Shown one piece after another: positions 11,517 to 23,866 of a stretch of DNA of 64,000 nt. A program made the position numbers and the translations under genes. The notes below the pieces were generated by a model. It was not told the DNA's origin, did not search any database, and saw nothing but the letters and a program-made list of their open reading frames with translations. Source of the DNA: Raja brachyura (taxonomy: Eukaryota); the NCBI GenBank assembly GCA_963514005.1, contig OY740820.1, positions 17,980,001 to 18,044,000 on the forward strand, given 5' to 3'. The first letter of the stretch is position 1. The number at the start of each line of letters is the position of its first letter.

Positions 11517-13859
11517 TATTGCAATTGAACGTTACTTAATTTTAAATTTCAAAGCTATTTTGAGTTAAATGCAGTGCTTGAGTGGGCACTAAAAGAAAGG
11601 GTAACTATGCCCAGGCTGAATAAGATTCTTACTTGACTGGTACATTTGGCCATAGTTGGGCAAAGGATAGGTTTTATTCTAATTGGTGATAGGAGTGAGG
11701 GGACTATTCATAGTCTGAGAAGTTTCTTCATGTTAGTTGCTTTATATTATCAACAATTAGTATAACGATCTGTGCTTTTATTAAAAGTTATTTTTATTTG
11801 AGAATTTGAAATCAAATGTTTGATATGCGTTTCTCCTTTAAGCATTTGAAATAAATGTGGTTACCTGAATCCTGTGTGGTGCCTGCTATTGTTTCATGTG
11901 GGCACTGGAGGGTGCTCTTGCTTTCTATTCATTTGCTATGGAAGCATATTGATGAAAGTTTACTTCAAGCAGTGAGAGTGTAACTATTAATGAGGCCAAG
12001 CAATTGTAAATTTTAAATCTGGATCTCACCTTGTCTGGTTTTAATTATTTGTTGAAGGATATTTTGTGAATAATCGCCCGTGAATGATTATGTGTAGGTA
12101 GAGCATGCTGTTTCAATTTTTTTTGCTAGCCCCATGTAAAATAACAGTGGACCTTGTTGCTTGGCATCAAGGGTGATATTTTCATCAACCTGACGAAAAC
12201 TTAATGCATACAAGAACAGAGGAACTGCCCAATACCGTACAAAACTTTTGTTTCGATCTAATATCCCATTGTGAAAATGTTTAGTACTGCAGTATGCAGG
12301 TCATTTCCCAGTTAAAATGCCTTCAACTATTTTATGGTCTGCATTTCAAGAAAATATTGAATCCAATATGGCACACTTCAGGTCTCCCAGTGAGTTCATC
12401 TGAGATAAATTTATAGAATCCATCTTGTGTCCAGGTGAGATAGATTTAACATGCTGAATTAACATTGGATATGCAGATTCAACTTGGGCATAATAGCAAT
12501 ATCTTAGTGAACTATGTTATCCTGCATGGGCTGGGTTTGATGTTGACAGTATTCTAATATTAACCAACTTATATTGCATTGGTCACAGATAAACAGCATT
12601 AAACATTTAAACATGTAATTCTGCTCTAAAAACAGACAGAATGCTGTTACATGACCCATAACTCAATATTTTCATAATTGATTGGATGTGAAAAATATAA
12701 TGAAACACGGAAATCTATACCGTCTCATAAATTTCCTCTGCTCTGTAAAGCAATTTATATTAAGCCAGTTTAATTTGACAGGGTCATTTGGGTCTCTGTT
12801 TCTCATGCTCTCTCTCAATGTAAAATTGTTAAATCTGGAAATTTCTTATTAAATCAAGATGCTGTGTTTTAGTTAAAAATCAATACTTATCGATTGTTTT
12901 GTGTGAAACAAAACACTCTAAGATTAAAAATGTAGAATCAGAATTATAGCGGTGTACTATCTGCAGAGCATCATTCATGTTATTAGGCTTTTCATATTAT
13001 CTTTTGTGCTAATTTTCTTAATTTGTCTCTGATAACTTGCTCAAGTTTGATTCCACAGGCACCATCTATTTCTGTTTCTAATATTACATCTATATGGCCA
13101 TTCTTCCTCAAAATGTAAATATGCTTGCTTTCAGCCGAGGATCATTTGTTTAAATGTATTTCCTTCCAAAATGAATACATGTTCTACAGTTGTGTGGTAG
13201 ATCGTACGTAAACATCCTAATAAGTAGTTGGATAAGCGACATAAAGATTTAAAAGCCCTGAGGTAAATGTTTCAGCAGATCATGTTTTTTTGTGTGGGAA
13301 GGAAACGTAACCACCAAAGTAGGAAAGGTTTGTTAACGTGACCAGTTCAATTAGATAATTAGTAATTTCGGTTTCTCTAAGATTGGGTTGTGTGAGATGA
13401 AGTATTGGTTGCGACAAATGGGAGTGGAGCGTCATTGCGGTTTGAAGTGCAGGTTTTGGTGGTTGTGATAAGCATTAAGAGAGCTCGATGAAAACTTATT
13501 ACTTTGAGGGAGTGAGCCAGATTACCTCTCACAACTCTTCAATCTGTGTGGATGGTGTTATTTGCAAGTGGATACCATGACCTCAATTGAAATGTGCAAC
13601 TTTTCCCCCCGTAAAATTATCCTTTTTTCAGGAAGAGCAACCTAAAAAAATAAGCAGAAACAGGGAATTGCTGTCGAGGGCGGAAAAGGTGCAATAACCT
13701 AAATTTGAATTTAAGACTTGAAAATGGAAACAATGCAACTATAAACAAAAGCGAGGGAAGAAACAAGCAAAAATGTTCTTGGGGAATGCAAGTAGAAATT
13801 CGTTCTACTCATGAGAAATTTGTCCTACTAAACTAGTGTGATACATTTTGATTGATTCA

Positions 13860-14170
13860 TTGAAAAATACAGTATAGAAACAGGCCCTTTGGTCTACCGA
13901 GTCCACGCGAGCCATCGGGTCATCCATTCACACTAGTTCTATGTTATTCCACTTTCTCGTCCTCATCCTACATACCAGAGGCAATGTACAGAGGTCCATT
14001 AACCTGCAAACCAACATGTCTGGGATGTGGAAGAAAGCAGGTGCACCCGGAGAAAACCAATGCAGTCTCGGGGAAAACGTGCAATCTCCACACAGACAGC
14101 TGCTGAGGTCAAGATCAAGCCCAGGTTTCTGGAGCTCTGAGGCAACAGCTCTACCGCCTGCGCCACTGTT
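13860..14170 (-). mobile_element. HE1-type tRNA-derived V-SINE
   Basis: The reverse complement gives gtggcgcaggcggtagagctgttgcctcagag...ggcttgatcttgacc, the V-domain, and a CR1-like tail aagggcctgtttc. Confidence 0.85.
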
Positions 14171-15031
14171 GCTGCCCGACAGTTTGCAAACGTCGCCAAC
14201 AAATCTAGTAGAGGCAAAATGTTGTGCTTTCTTGAAATAGTCAACAATGGTAGAGTTAATAAACCAGTGAGAAATTTCAATGGTCTTTACTCATCTATGA
14301 CTTGCTTTAATATTTACCTGGTCCAACCCATTTGGAGAGACTTCAAATTACTTCCATAGCTGCTAATATGCAACCATAACCTCATTACATTATGACTTTG
14401 GAATTGCATGTTTCATAGTCCAGTTAAGAACATGTGATTTGCTTAATATTCTTAACTTGAAATTTTGTACCATTATGGAATAAAATCACTAAATGTGAAT
14501 CAACAAATCTTTCAACAAGAGTGGTCAAATATTTTGTCCTTTGTTATGGTGATTATTGAGGTTTTTATAAGGTAATCTGTATAACCAGTCTAATACAGAA
14601 CTGGTTTATTATCTTGATAAAAGAAATGAAGCTGAACTATGAGAAGTGTGGATAAAATTATGCTTTAAGACTTCATAGCTGATTAATTCCAGTTAGCTTC
14701 AGATGCATAGTATATTAAAAAAAGACCAAATCGTTGTTTTGTTTTGCAAATTGCAGGGATTTTGTTCCTGGTGTCATGATCAATAAGGGATGTGTGTGAG
14801 GTCAAGCTTCAAGTATTGCGCAGCTGAGGAGATTGTTGGGACTATTGATTGGGACAAAGGATGTTCGTGTGGAGACTGGAGAGACAACACTGTAGGAGAT
14901 GGTTCATGTCTGTCTTTATAAGCAAAACCATGTAGGCATTTTTAACAATAATGTATGTAATTTTAATTTAAAAGTAAACATTACAATTCTATTTTTAAGA
15001 TTTGCATCTCCATACTTCAAGCTTCTGTGTT

Positions 15032-15259
15032 AAAGAAGGAACTGCAGATGCTGGAAAATCGAGGGTACACAACAGGCTGGAGAAACTCAGCGGGTGCAGC
15101 AGCAACTAAGGAGCAAAGGAGATGGGCAACGTTTTCAGGCCGAAACCCTTCTTCAGACTCCTGAAGGTCTGAAGAAGGGTTTCGGCCCGAAACACTGCCT
15201 ATCTCCTTCGCTCCTTAGATGCTGCTGCACCCGCTGAGTTTCTCCAGCCTTTTGTGTAC
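15032..15259. mobile_element. Fold-back PLE-derived element with arms of about 95 bp and hammerhead-like motifs on both strands
   Basis: 17-bp TSD CTTCAAGCTTCTGYGTT at 15015-15031 and 15260-15276. The arms meet at cttcttcagac-tcctgaag-gtctgaagaag. Confidence 0.85.
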
Positions 15260-16334
15260 CTTCAAGCTTCTGCGTTCACCTCTGTGCCAGATTATTAAAT
15301 AAGTATCAACTTTCTAGCAATGCCAATAACAATCTTTATAATATTCCAATGCTTGTCAGCCCTGGATTGAGTGACTGGAGGTAAATCCTGACTTCGTACT
15401 GCCAATACTCCTCGGCAGCTGGTTCGCAATGACCCCTGCGTGTGGTTAATGGAGGGTAAAATTCCAGGATTCGGCTGTACAGTCATATCCTTCTCCTTAT
15501 GCCTTGATTGACAGTTATTGAACGGTAACAAATAAGTAGTGTCGGGGCTGGGTGGTAGCTGGGAGACGGAAGATGACCTTTCCATTAGCCAAATGGTACC
15601 TTAGTTTGTGCAGTTGGATAGGGTTACATACATGTAATTTTCTATCTGATTTCTTTTGGGTAAAACTGATTTTGCTATTGAACAAGTCTTTGCAAATTGC
15701 AAGTACCCGTTTTACACAATTTATAACATTTTGGTTTCCTAATCTCATCAAAACAAGGTATGCTTTATGGAAGAAGCACTTTTCATAGAACTTTCCTTTG
15801 TGTTCTATATACCAGATTCACCTTTTCATTGAGAGTTTAAAGGTTTTTTTTCTGGACCTTACAGTATTGTTAATCGTCTGTTGGAGTAGTGCAAGTCATC
15901 AAGGTCATTTTCTCCTCAAAAGATTCAACTTTTAGTATTAATACATCTAACAAGCAGTTTTGGGTTAACTGTTGCAGGGTTTTACACTAGTAGCTGTATA
16001 ATTCAAACCAGAAAACTCTTATTTGTTGCAGGTGTGGGAACGTTGAACTAACTGCTAGTGTAGATCAACAAATATAAAAGTTACGTGAAGAAAGGTCCCG
16101 AACCAATAAGGTGTCAGTCTATTACTCTCCAAAGATGCTGCCTGATCTACTGAGTTCCTCCTGTAGTATGTTTTTAACTCAAGATTCCAAAATCCGCAGT
16201 CACTTATCTCCAAATATAACTGTTGGTTGTGATTGAGATTTGGTTCCTGATTAACACACAGGCCACAGACTGTTACATGACAAAGTTTGTAGAAGGTAAA
16301 ACAAATATATTGCGATAATTTAGGAATGACACGA

Positions 16335-17055
16335 GTCAAGTCAAGAGAGTTTATTGTCATGTGTCCCAGATAGGACAATGAAATTCTTGCTTTGCTTCAG
16401 CACAACAGATTATAGTAGACATGAATACAGAACATATCAGTGACTCCATATACCATTATATAAATATGTACACACATCAATAAATAAGCAGATAAAATGC
16501 AAATAAACAGATAATGGTCTATTAATGTTCAGAGATTTGTTTGAGTTGAGTTTAACAGTCTGATGGCTGTGGGGTAGCAGCTATTTCTGAACCTGGACAT
16601 TGCAGTCTTCAGGCTTCTGTACCTTCTACCTGAAGGTAGCGGAGAGATGAGTGTGTGGCTAGGGTGGTGTGGGTCCTTGATGATGCTCCCAGCCTTTTTG
16701 CAGCAGCGAATGTGATAGATCCACACGATGGTAGGGAGGTCAGAGCTGATGATGGACTGGGCAGTGTTTGCTGCTTTTTGTAGTCTTTTCAGCTCCTGGG
16801 CGCTCAAGTTGCTGAACCAAGCCATGATGCAACCGGTCAGCAAGCTCTCTACTGTGCACCTGTAGAAGTTAGAGAGAGTCCTCCTTGACATCCCGATTCT
16901 CGTAATCTTCTCAGGAAGTAGAGACGCTGATGTGCTTTCTTAATAATTGCATCAGTGTTCTCGGACCAGGAGAGATCTTCAGAAATATGCACGCCCAGGA
17001 ATTTGAAGCTCTTGACCCATCTCCACCATCGAGCCGTTGATCTAAACGGGACTGA
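16335..17055 (-). mobile_element. Rex1/Babar-type LINE 3' fragment (frameshifted RT C-terminus)
   Basis: ORFs read SFKFLGVHISEDLSW...KKAHQRLYFLRRLR and NFYRCTVESLLTGCIMAWF...IIKDPHHPSHTLISPLPSGRRYRS. (CTTGA)n tail. Confidence 0.9.
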
Positions 17056-17259
17056 CAGCAAATGAGCTAACACAGGGGTGGAGTTGCATGAATTTTGCTG
17101 AGGTGGGATTACTCCTTGGTCATGCAGATTTAATGGATGGTTGGTTAGCAGCTCGTCTCGGGGTCAAAGCTGGCACAGAGGCTGCCAGTAGCCTGGTTTG
17201 ATTTTGGGTGGACGGTGATGATAATTATTTGTCAGCGAAGGGAGTCGGTGACAAGAACA

Positions 17260-17545
17260 AGGGCGGCATGGTGGTGCAGCGGTAGAGTTACTTTCTTGCA
17301 GGATTCGATCCTGACTACGTGTGCTGTCTGAATGGAGTTTGTACCCTCTCCCTGTGACCACGCGGGTTGTCTCCGGGTGCTCAGGTTTCCTCCTGTCTCC
17401 CAAAGACGTACAGGTTTGCAGGTTTAATTGGCTTCTGTAAATTGTCCATAGGGTGTAGGATAGAACTAGTGTACGGGTGGTCGCTGGTCTGCGCTGACTC
17501 TGTTGGCCGAAGGGCCTCTTTATACGCTGTATCTCTACACTACAC
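17260..17545 (+). mobile_element. HE1-type V-SINE
   Basis: gggcggcatggtggtgcagcggtagag (A box), gattcgatcc (B box), V-domain, tail gggcctctttatacgctgtatctctacactacact. Confidence 0.85.
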
Positions 17546-17919
17546 TGAAAACAGGAGCTTCAATCTCCCCAATAGTTGCACGAATTAAGGCTTAATTTCT
17601 AATGGTTTAAAGAAGAGAAGAAAGTAATTCACTTGATCAACTATATAAGCTTTGGATAGATTTTTCATGTTAATCTAACATTTGTGTTTGCCCATCATTC
17701 CAAGCATTGATTGATAATAGTTGGCACAAAAAAGTAGCAGTCCACAATATTTAAAAATATCATTTGATTGATCCGTTTGTAACATTCAAGACTTTTTACT
17801 GTCCATGTAGAGACAGTTTTTGATCTTTACTCATTGTAATCAAATTTATTCCTATCTTGATGTAACCAATTCTAATTGTAGGTTCCCATCATGATTTAAC
17901 TCCAACTGTGCGGGCATTT

Positions 17920-18100
17920 CGGTGAAGATAGACACAAAATGTTGGAGTGACGTTTCGGGTGGAGACCCTTCTTCAGACTAAAAAGGTTCTGAACCCATAA
18001 CGTCACCAATTCCTTCTCTCCAGAGATTCTGCCTGTCCCGCTGAGTTAATCCAGCATTTTGTGTATATCTTTGGTGTAAACCAACAGTAGTTCCATCCTG
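17920..18100. mobile_element. Fold-back PLE-derived element with an intact hammerhead-like core on the minus strand (17949-17976)
   Basis: gaagatagacacaaaatgttgga ... tccagcattttgtgtatatctt inverted arms. Core gacgtttcgggtggagacccttcttcag. Confidence 0.8.
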
Positions 18101-18469
18101 CACAGGCATTTATGGTGTTGTTTTTGAAACACGGGCTTGCTTTTATTCCCATATTCACCAGCTCCTGTCTTCATACCAGGTGAATATTCGCCAGGTGGAT
18201 ATGTTATCCATTCTACCATCAAAGTTCTCCAGTTTCTGATGATTTAGTGCATATGTTTGATCGTGTGACCCTTTGTCTAATGCCCTTTAGCGCTGGTTCA
18301 CTGCTTTGAAGTGAGTTTACTTTATGCACAGTTATGATGATGTTTATCTGTGTGATCCTCAGATGTAGAAAACTACTGTGTAGTATGATTAGAAACTTGA
18401 TGGTTAAACAGCATTTGAAATGGTTGAGTAACCATGAATGAAAAAAAGATATGTTTCATTTTATCATGT

Positions 18470-18577
18470 GTAGGAAGGACTGAAGATAGACACAAAATGC
18501 TGGAGTAACTCAGTGGGACAGGCAGCATCTCCAGGGATGCTGCCTGTCCCGCTGAGTTACTCCAGCATTTTGTGTCC
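18470..18577. mobile_element. Minimal fold-back PLE derivative (41-bp hairpin)
   Basis: 15-bp TSD TTCATTTTATCATGT at 18455-18469 and 18578-18592. Arms at 18489-18529 and 18536-18576. Confidence 0.85.
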
Positions 18578-18904
18578 TTCATTTTATCATGTTTATTGTG
18601 TTTGTTAGATATTTACTTTGAAACAGAATTAACCATATATTAAAGTGGTAAAATTCACAGTTTCAATTGAAAAGTGACATGCTGTCAAATGTTCTGAACA
18701 GTGGGAGTAAATTATGAAAGGTTACCAATTTCTTAAACCTTAACTTAAACCTTTGCATACCTGTGTTTTGCTTGTGGGTGTTCTTATCCAGTTTCTCCTC
18801 GTATTCATCCTGTAGGTTAGTTACACAAGGTGCTGGCAATCTTTTGGCATCTCACCAAAAAGTCAATTCTCCATTTTTTTTTTTAGCTGATGCAATAGAA
18901 ATAT

Positions 18905-19036
18905 TCAGTTTGAAGAAGGGTTTCAGCCCGAAACGTTGCCTATTTCTTTCGCTCCACAGATGCTGCTGCACCCGCTGAGTTTCTCCAGCATTTTTGTCTA
19001 CCTTGGAGTTTCTAGCCTCTGCAGATCCTTCTTAAA
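18905..19036 (+). mobile_element. PLE 3'-end piece
   Basis: 12-bp TSD CAATAGAAATAT at 18893-18904 and 19037-19048. Contains tgaagaagggtttcagcccgaaacgttgcc. Confidence 0.85.
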
Positions 19037-19267
19037 CAATAGAAATATCTGGTTGATGACCATCATTGTATGTTTAATTTGTACCCGTAAACTCTTTAAC
19101 ACATAACATTTGTTTCGAGAAATCGTTGGTAATTTAAATCATACTTTGTTAGCAGATGTCAGCTTCACTCATTATGTGATTACTCGTGAATATATATTTT
19201 TTAAATGCAGCTTGAAGCACCTCTCCATAGTGTACAACAGGGAAGTGTGGAACAGAGACAGCAATAT

Positions 19268-19850
19268 AGAAACAAGGAACTACAGATTCTGGTTTACAAT
19301 TTAAAAAAAAAAAACACAGTAAAAAAATTCAGTGGGCCAGGCAGCATATCTGGAGAGCATGGATGGGTGATGTTTCAGGTTGGATCCCTACTTCCGATGG
19401 ATTGTGGGGATCGGGGGGGGGGAGCAAAAGAGAGAAGGGGCAGGACCAAGCCTGGAAAGTTAATGGTGGGTACAAGTGAGTGTGGTTTTGATGGGCAGAT
19501 GATTGGACAAAGACCAGAGATGACAAAACGTGAGGTATGAGACAAAAGGATTGAGGATTTTTGAATTGTGAATCTAGTGGAAGGAATGTAGGTGGAATGG
19601 GAGGGGAAAAATAGGTGTGAGTCCTGATGGGGCACAGGAGGGGGGGGGGGGGGGGAGAGGGTGAGAAAAATGGGTTAGAGGATGAAGGGGGAGGGGGGAG
19701 GAGTTTCATTTCCTAAAATTGGAGAATTCCACTTTTATACTGTTGGGTTGTAAACCACCCAAGCGGAATATGAGGTGCTGTTCCTTCAGTTTGCGTGTGG
19801 CCTCACTCTGGCAGTGGAGGAAGCCCAGTACGGAAGTGTCAGAATGAAAA
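19268..19850 (-). mobile_element. Older Penelope-like element 3' fragment
   Basis: cccaagcggaatatgaggtgctgttccttcagtttgcg is homologous to the GIY-YIG tail at 54860-54900, with a pyrimidine-rich 3' UTR and terminal repeat. Confidence 0.8.
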
Positions 19851-20097
19851 TCAGCTTACCCAGTTATTGCTGTTTGCATGAACAAGTTATTGTCTGCATG
19901 AACATGTAACTCCATTACATACAGCAACTAGATTTCAGAATAGTTAATTGCAAGGTAAACTCTGGAATATTTCTTAAACACTTAATAAGATGTTATACAA
20001 ATACAAGTGTTTTTTTTCTAATTCAACAATGAAAGTCAATTATTATGTGGAGAAAATACTGTCAATTTTTTAATCTGAAATTGAATACCGTACCTTA

Positions 20098-20390
20098 GGA
20101 TTGTGCAGTGGTAGAGTTGCTGCCTTACAGCACCAGAGCCCTGGGTTCGATCCTGACTATGGGTGTTGCCTGTACGGAGTTTATATGTTCTCCATGTGAT
20201 CATGTGGGTTTTCTCCGGGTGCTCCTGTTTCATCACACAGTCCGAAGATGTGCAAACTTGTAGGTTAATTGGCTTCTGTAAATTGTTCCTAATATATAGG
20301 GTAGAACTAGTGTACGGGTGATCGCTGGTCGGCACGGACTCGCTGGGCCGAAGAACTTGTTTCCATGTTGTATCTGTAAACTAAACTAAA
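20098..20390 (+). mobile_element. HE1-type V-SINE
   Basis: gtgcagtggtagagttgctgcc, ggttcgatcc B box, (CTAAA)n tail. Confidence 0.88.
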
Positions 20391-21208
20391 AATAGTGTTC
20401 AAGTGAAAGCCATGATTTTAAAGTGCAACTTGGCAGTATCTTAGGGCTAAAATAGTGCTCACGTTCTTCATAAACCTATGCGCGAAGATCAAATATAATG
20501 TTGACACTTTAAACCAGTTCTCTTCAGGATTCAAGTTTAAGGCTGTTGGGCTATTGCGGAGTGACATCAGTGATTAGTGCGATCACTGGGCTGTGGGGAA
20601 AGCCACCCAAGGAGCTTTGTGCATGTTTTTGATTCCAGATACCTTTTACTGCTCTGTGAAATAAGTTGTGCTCTCCTTGTTAATTCCAAATTCCTGCTAA
20701 TGTTAGCACACTACTTTGACGTTTAATTGTTTGAGTACCATTGCATCATACTTTCCTCCCCTAGTTTCTAGCCACACAATTCCCCATGCCTGTTTGATCA
20801 TATGGACAGGCTGCAGCCTCCCAGGTTTCTGCCAGTTTTGATTGCACATGAAAAGCACCAGGGACAATCTGGGAACCACTCTGCTTTTGATATTTTTTTT
20901 TAACCTCTTTCTGGTATTTTAGTCAGTGGTGTGGGAATCTTTGAGAATCAATGCATCCTAATGTTGAATGATAAATAGAATGCTGAAAATTCTATTGATC
21001 TACCAATTTGTCATATACTTCAACATGTTCAATTCAAAGCAATTAGCTTGTAGATTTCTGAGGAACCTGTGAAATGTACTGATAGTTTTACAATCACCAC
21101 CCTTAACTGTTGATATGCAAGTTGACTACAGCTTTGTAATATAGTATGAGATTGCCTATTATGTAACTTGCACTGTTCATGGAACAGCCCTCTTCATTTC
21201 TACTGCAG

Positions 21209-21397
21209 GCTGAAAAATCCACGCTGAGCACTGTTGGGGAGAAGAACACAGTTGAGAAGAGTCCGACAAAAGGTCGGCAGCCCCGAAAGATTGATTTGAG
21301 AGCACGCTACTGGGCATTTCTCTTTGACAACCTCCGACGAGCAGTGGATGAAATTTACATCACTTGTGAGTCAGACCAGAGTGTGGTAGAATGTAAG
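21209..21397 (+). CDS. SCAPER: SCAPER coding exon (AEKSTLSTVGEKNTVEKSPTKGRQPRKIDLRARYWAFLFDNLRRAVDEIYITCESDQSVVECK), SCAPER_N domain
   Basis: ctgcag|GCT ... AAG|gtatga. 189 nt, phase 0 to 0. RKIDLRARYWAFLFDNLRRAVDEIY is the highly conserved SCAPER N-terminal block. Confidence 0.97.
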
Positions 21398-22119
21398 GTA
21401 TGATTTATTTATTTTTTCCCCTATATTGCAGTTGTTTGTTAGATACTTTTACTCATCTACATTACTTATTCAGCCAAACCATTTTTACTTGTTATTTTTT
21501 AAGTGTTTGATTTGGGTGAAAGTCCCTCTGAGAATAATTTACACTTTACAAGTTCAGAAAGAAGTGCCAATCATATTGTCCACATACTTGTTGTAATTTA
21601 TGTAGAAAATAATTAGTACCTTAGATTAAATAGGCATTCTGTGTGAAAGAAATCTGTTCGGGAAAGCTTGATAATGGAGCTAAGTAATCCAGGATTGGAA
21701 GTGAAGCTCTGTACTAATATTTGTAATTAAAATATTGCATTTCTGTGCAAATATACAAAACAAATCCTGAAAAACCTAAGCATAGAAAGAGGAAGATCAA
21801 CCTCGGTAGCACTGGATAGAATTTGCCTTCTCGCTGAATCCAACTTCTAGGAAGAACATTCACACTGTTACTTTCCTAACCTATGAACAAGGTCTTTTAG
21901 GCTCTATTTTTGTGGTTTGTGGTCCTAGTAGCACAGATACTATGGTTCAATGATTGTGCGATTATCATCACATTTTGCATTCTTACATCCATACTTAATC
22001 CTGTATATTTTCAAAGTAGCATTGTCTATCATCCATATACATTAACCTAACTTTAAAGAGGGAAGAGATCTGTTTGCTACATGAAGGATGTGCCATCATT
22101 CTCGTCCACTGATAACATA

Positions 22120-22310
22120 CAACATAGAAGAGTGCAGCACAAGCATAGCCCTTCGGCCCGCAATGTCTGTGCTAGAACATGATGCCAAGAGAAACGTATC
22201 TCCTCTATCTGCACATGATCCGTAACCCTCCATTCTCTACATTTCCATGTGCCTCTCTAAAAACGTTTTAAACTCTGCATCCACTGCCACCCTCAGCAGC
22301 ACGTTCCAGG
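22120..22310 (-). mobile_element. CR1/HER1 3' end fragment
   Basis: gcccttcggcccgcaatgtctgtgct...gcacgttccagg. Confidence 0.7.
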
Positions 22311-23211
22311 CGAGTGTTGTCATTTGATGAAATCACAAGATCATTTCATTTTTGATCGGGGTACGGACTTATCAATGATTTCTTCTTCCTGGCTAATTTA
22401 AATGGAGTTTACAGATGACACAGCCCGCTGGCTGTGAATGCATTGATTGCTTCCAGTAGATGGCAGTATTGAGGCTTGGTATTTTTTGGACATTCTTTTG
22501 TTTCCTGTTTAATGTCTGAATTGGGCTTTTAACCCTTACTAGCAGGCAACGTATCAGAACATTCCTGCATTCATGTCAGATTATAAAGCGAGATTGATGA
22601 GCAGTTTTAAACTAGTGCATGGGTGGCATGCAATTGCCTGTTGTATTTTCTGTCCAGTTTTTGATAAGTTTGTTTTCATTCAAAACTATTTTCAGACTCT
22701 CTGATTAATTCACCAACTTTTAAATTGTTGGACACAATTTTCTATGTAGATTAACACATCACTCACAACATCAGTGGATTAGTTGTGCTGAATAAGATAA
22801 ACACATTTTGTAATAGAGACATTTTGGTGCCAAGCTCAAGGTTGTAAATTATTCAGAACTCAAAGAAATGCCAGCAGTAAAGTTTAAAGTGTAAGCATTC
22901 CAAATAAATCTCAGCCAAAATTGGCTTAGTTATTATATCATAATCAGAAAGTTATGGGATCAAGGCTTGTTTCTGAATGTGAGCACCAAATCTAGTTTGA
23001 CAATCTTTGTCAGTGCATTACAGTTAGTTGTTGCAGTTGCCATTTTTGGATAGATGATTAAATTGTGTCCCTAATCTGCCCATATAACGAGGGGAAAAAA
23101 AGTCCCAGGTATGGTTCATAAAATAGTAAGAACTTGTATGGTAGTCTTGATCAATAGTTTTCCTTCATCCAACCTCTGTATTGACTGTTAAAGAGGGCAC
23201 TCAATTAATTG

Positions 23212-23341
23212 AGTCTGAAGAAGGATTTCAGCCCGAAACGTTGCCTATTTCCTTCGCTCCATAGATGCTGCTGCACCCGCTGAGTTTCTCGAGCATTTTT
23301 GTGTACCTTCGATTTTCCAGCATCTGCAGTTCCTTCTTAAA
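23212..23341 (+). mobile_element. PLE 3'-end piece with hammerhead-like motif
   Basis: ctgaagaaggatttcagcccgaaacgttgcc. Flanking direct repeat CACTCAATT at 23198-23206 and 23342-23350. Confidence 0.85.
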
Positions 23342-23550
23342 CACTCAATTTATTTGCTGGATATGAGACCTTAACAGCATCCACAGAATAGTCAGTGTGA
23401 AAACAAATAACTTGTGGGTATGTGACGTGCTTTGGACTAAGATACCACAAATTTGGATACTCCATTTTTTTAATGTATATTGTTCATTCAGAAACATTTT
23501 GGAATGAATCATTAAAGCCAATGTATTGATTGACTCAACATTTTGCCTCA

Positions 23551-23866
23551 GGGCAGCATGGTGGCACAGTGGTAGAGTTGCTGCCTCACAGTACTTGCAA
23601 CGCCAGAGTCCCGGGTTCGATCCCGACCATGGGTGCTGTCTGTACAGAGTTTGTACGTTTTTTCCGTGACTGCATGGTTTTTCCCCCCAAGATCTTCGGT
23701 TTCCTCCCACACTCCAAAGACGTACAAGTTTGTAGGTTAATTTGCTTGGTATCAGTGTAAATTGTCCCGAGTGTGCGTAGGACAGAGTTAATATGCTGTG
23801 ACCGCTGGTCGGGGTGGGCCAAAGGGCCTGTTTCCGCGCTGTATCTCTAAACTAAACTCAACTAAA
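23551..23866 (+). mobile_element. Full-length HE1-type V-SINE
   Basis: A box tggcacagtgg (23562-23572), B box ggttcgatccc (23614-23624), V-domain ggtttcctcccacactccaaagacgt, tail gggcctgtttccgcgctgtatctctaaactaaact. Confidence 0.9.

Noticed and set aside
15032-15259. CRISPR-like or terminator-like reading of the recurring palindromic repeats
   Set aside because: The context is a eukaryotic intron, the copies are dispersed with TSDs rather than regularly spaced, and there are no cas genes.
23551-23630. tRNA gene
   Set aside because: A and B boxes are present, but the sequence continues into a V-SINE body and LINE-derived tail. It is a SINE head without a full cloverleaf.
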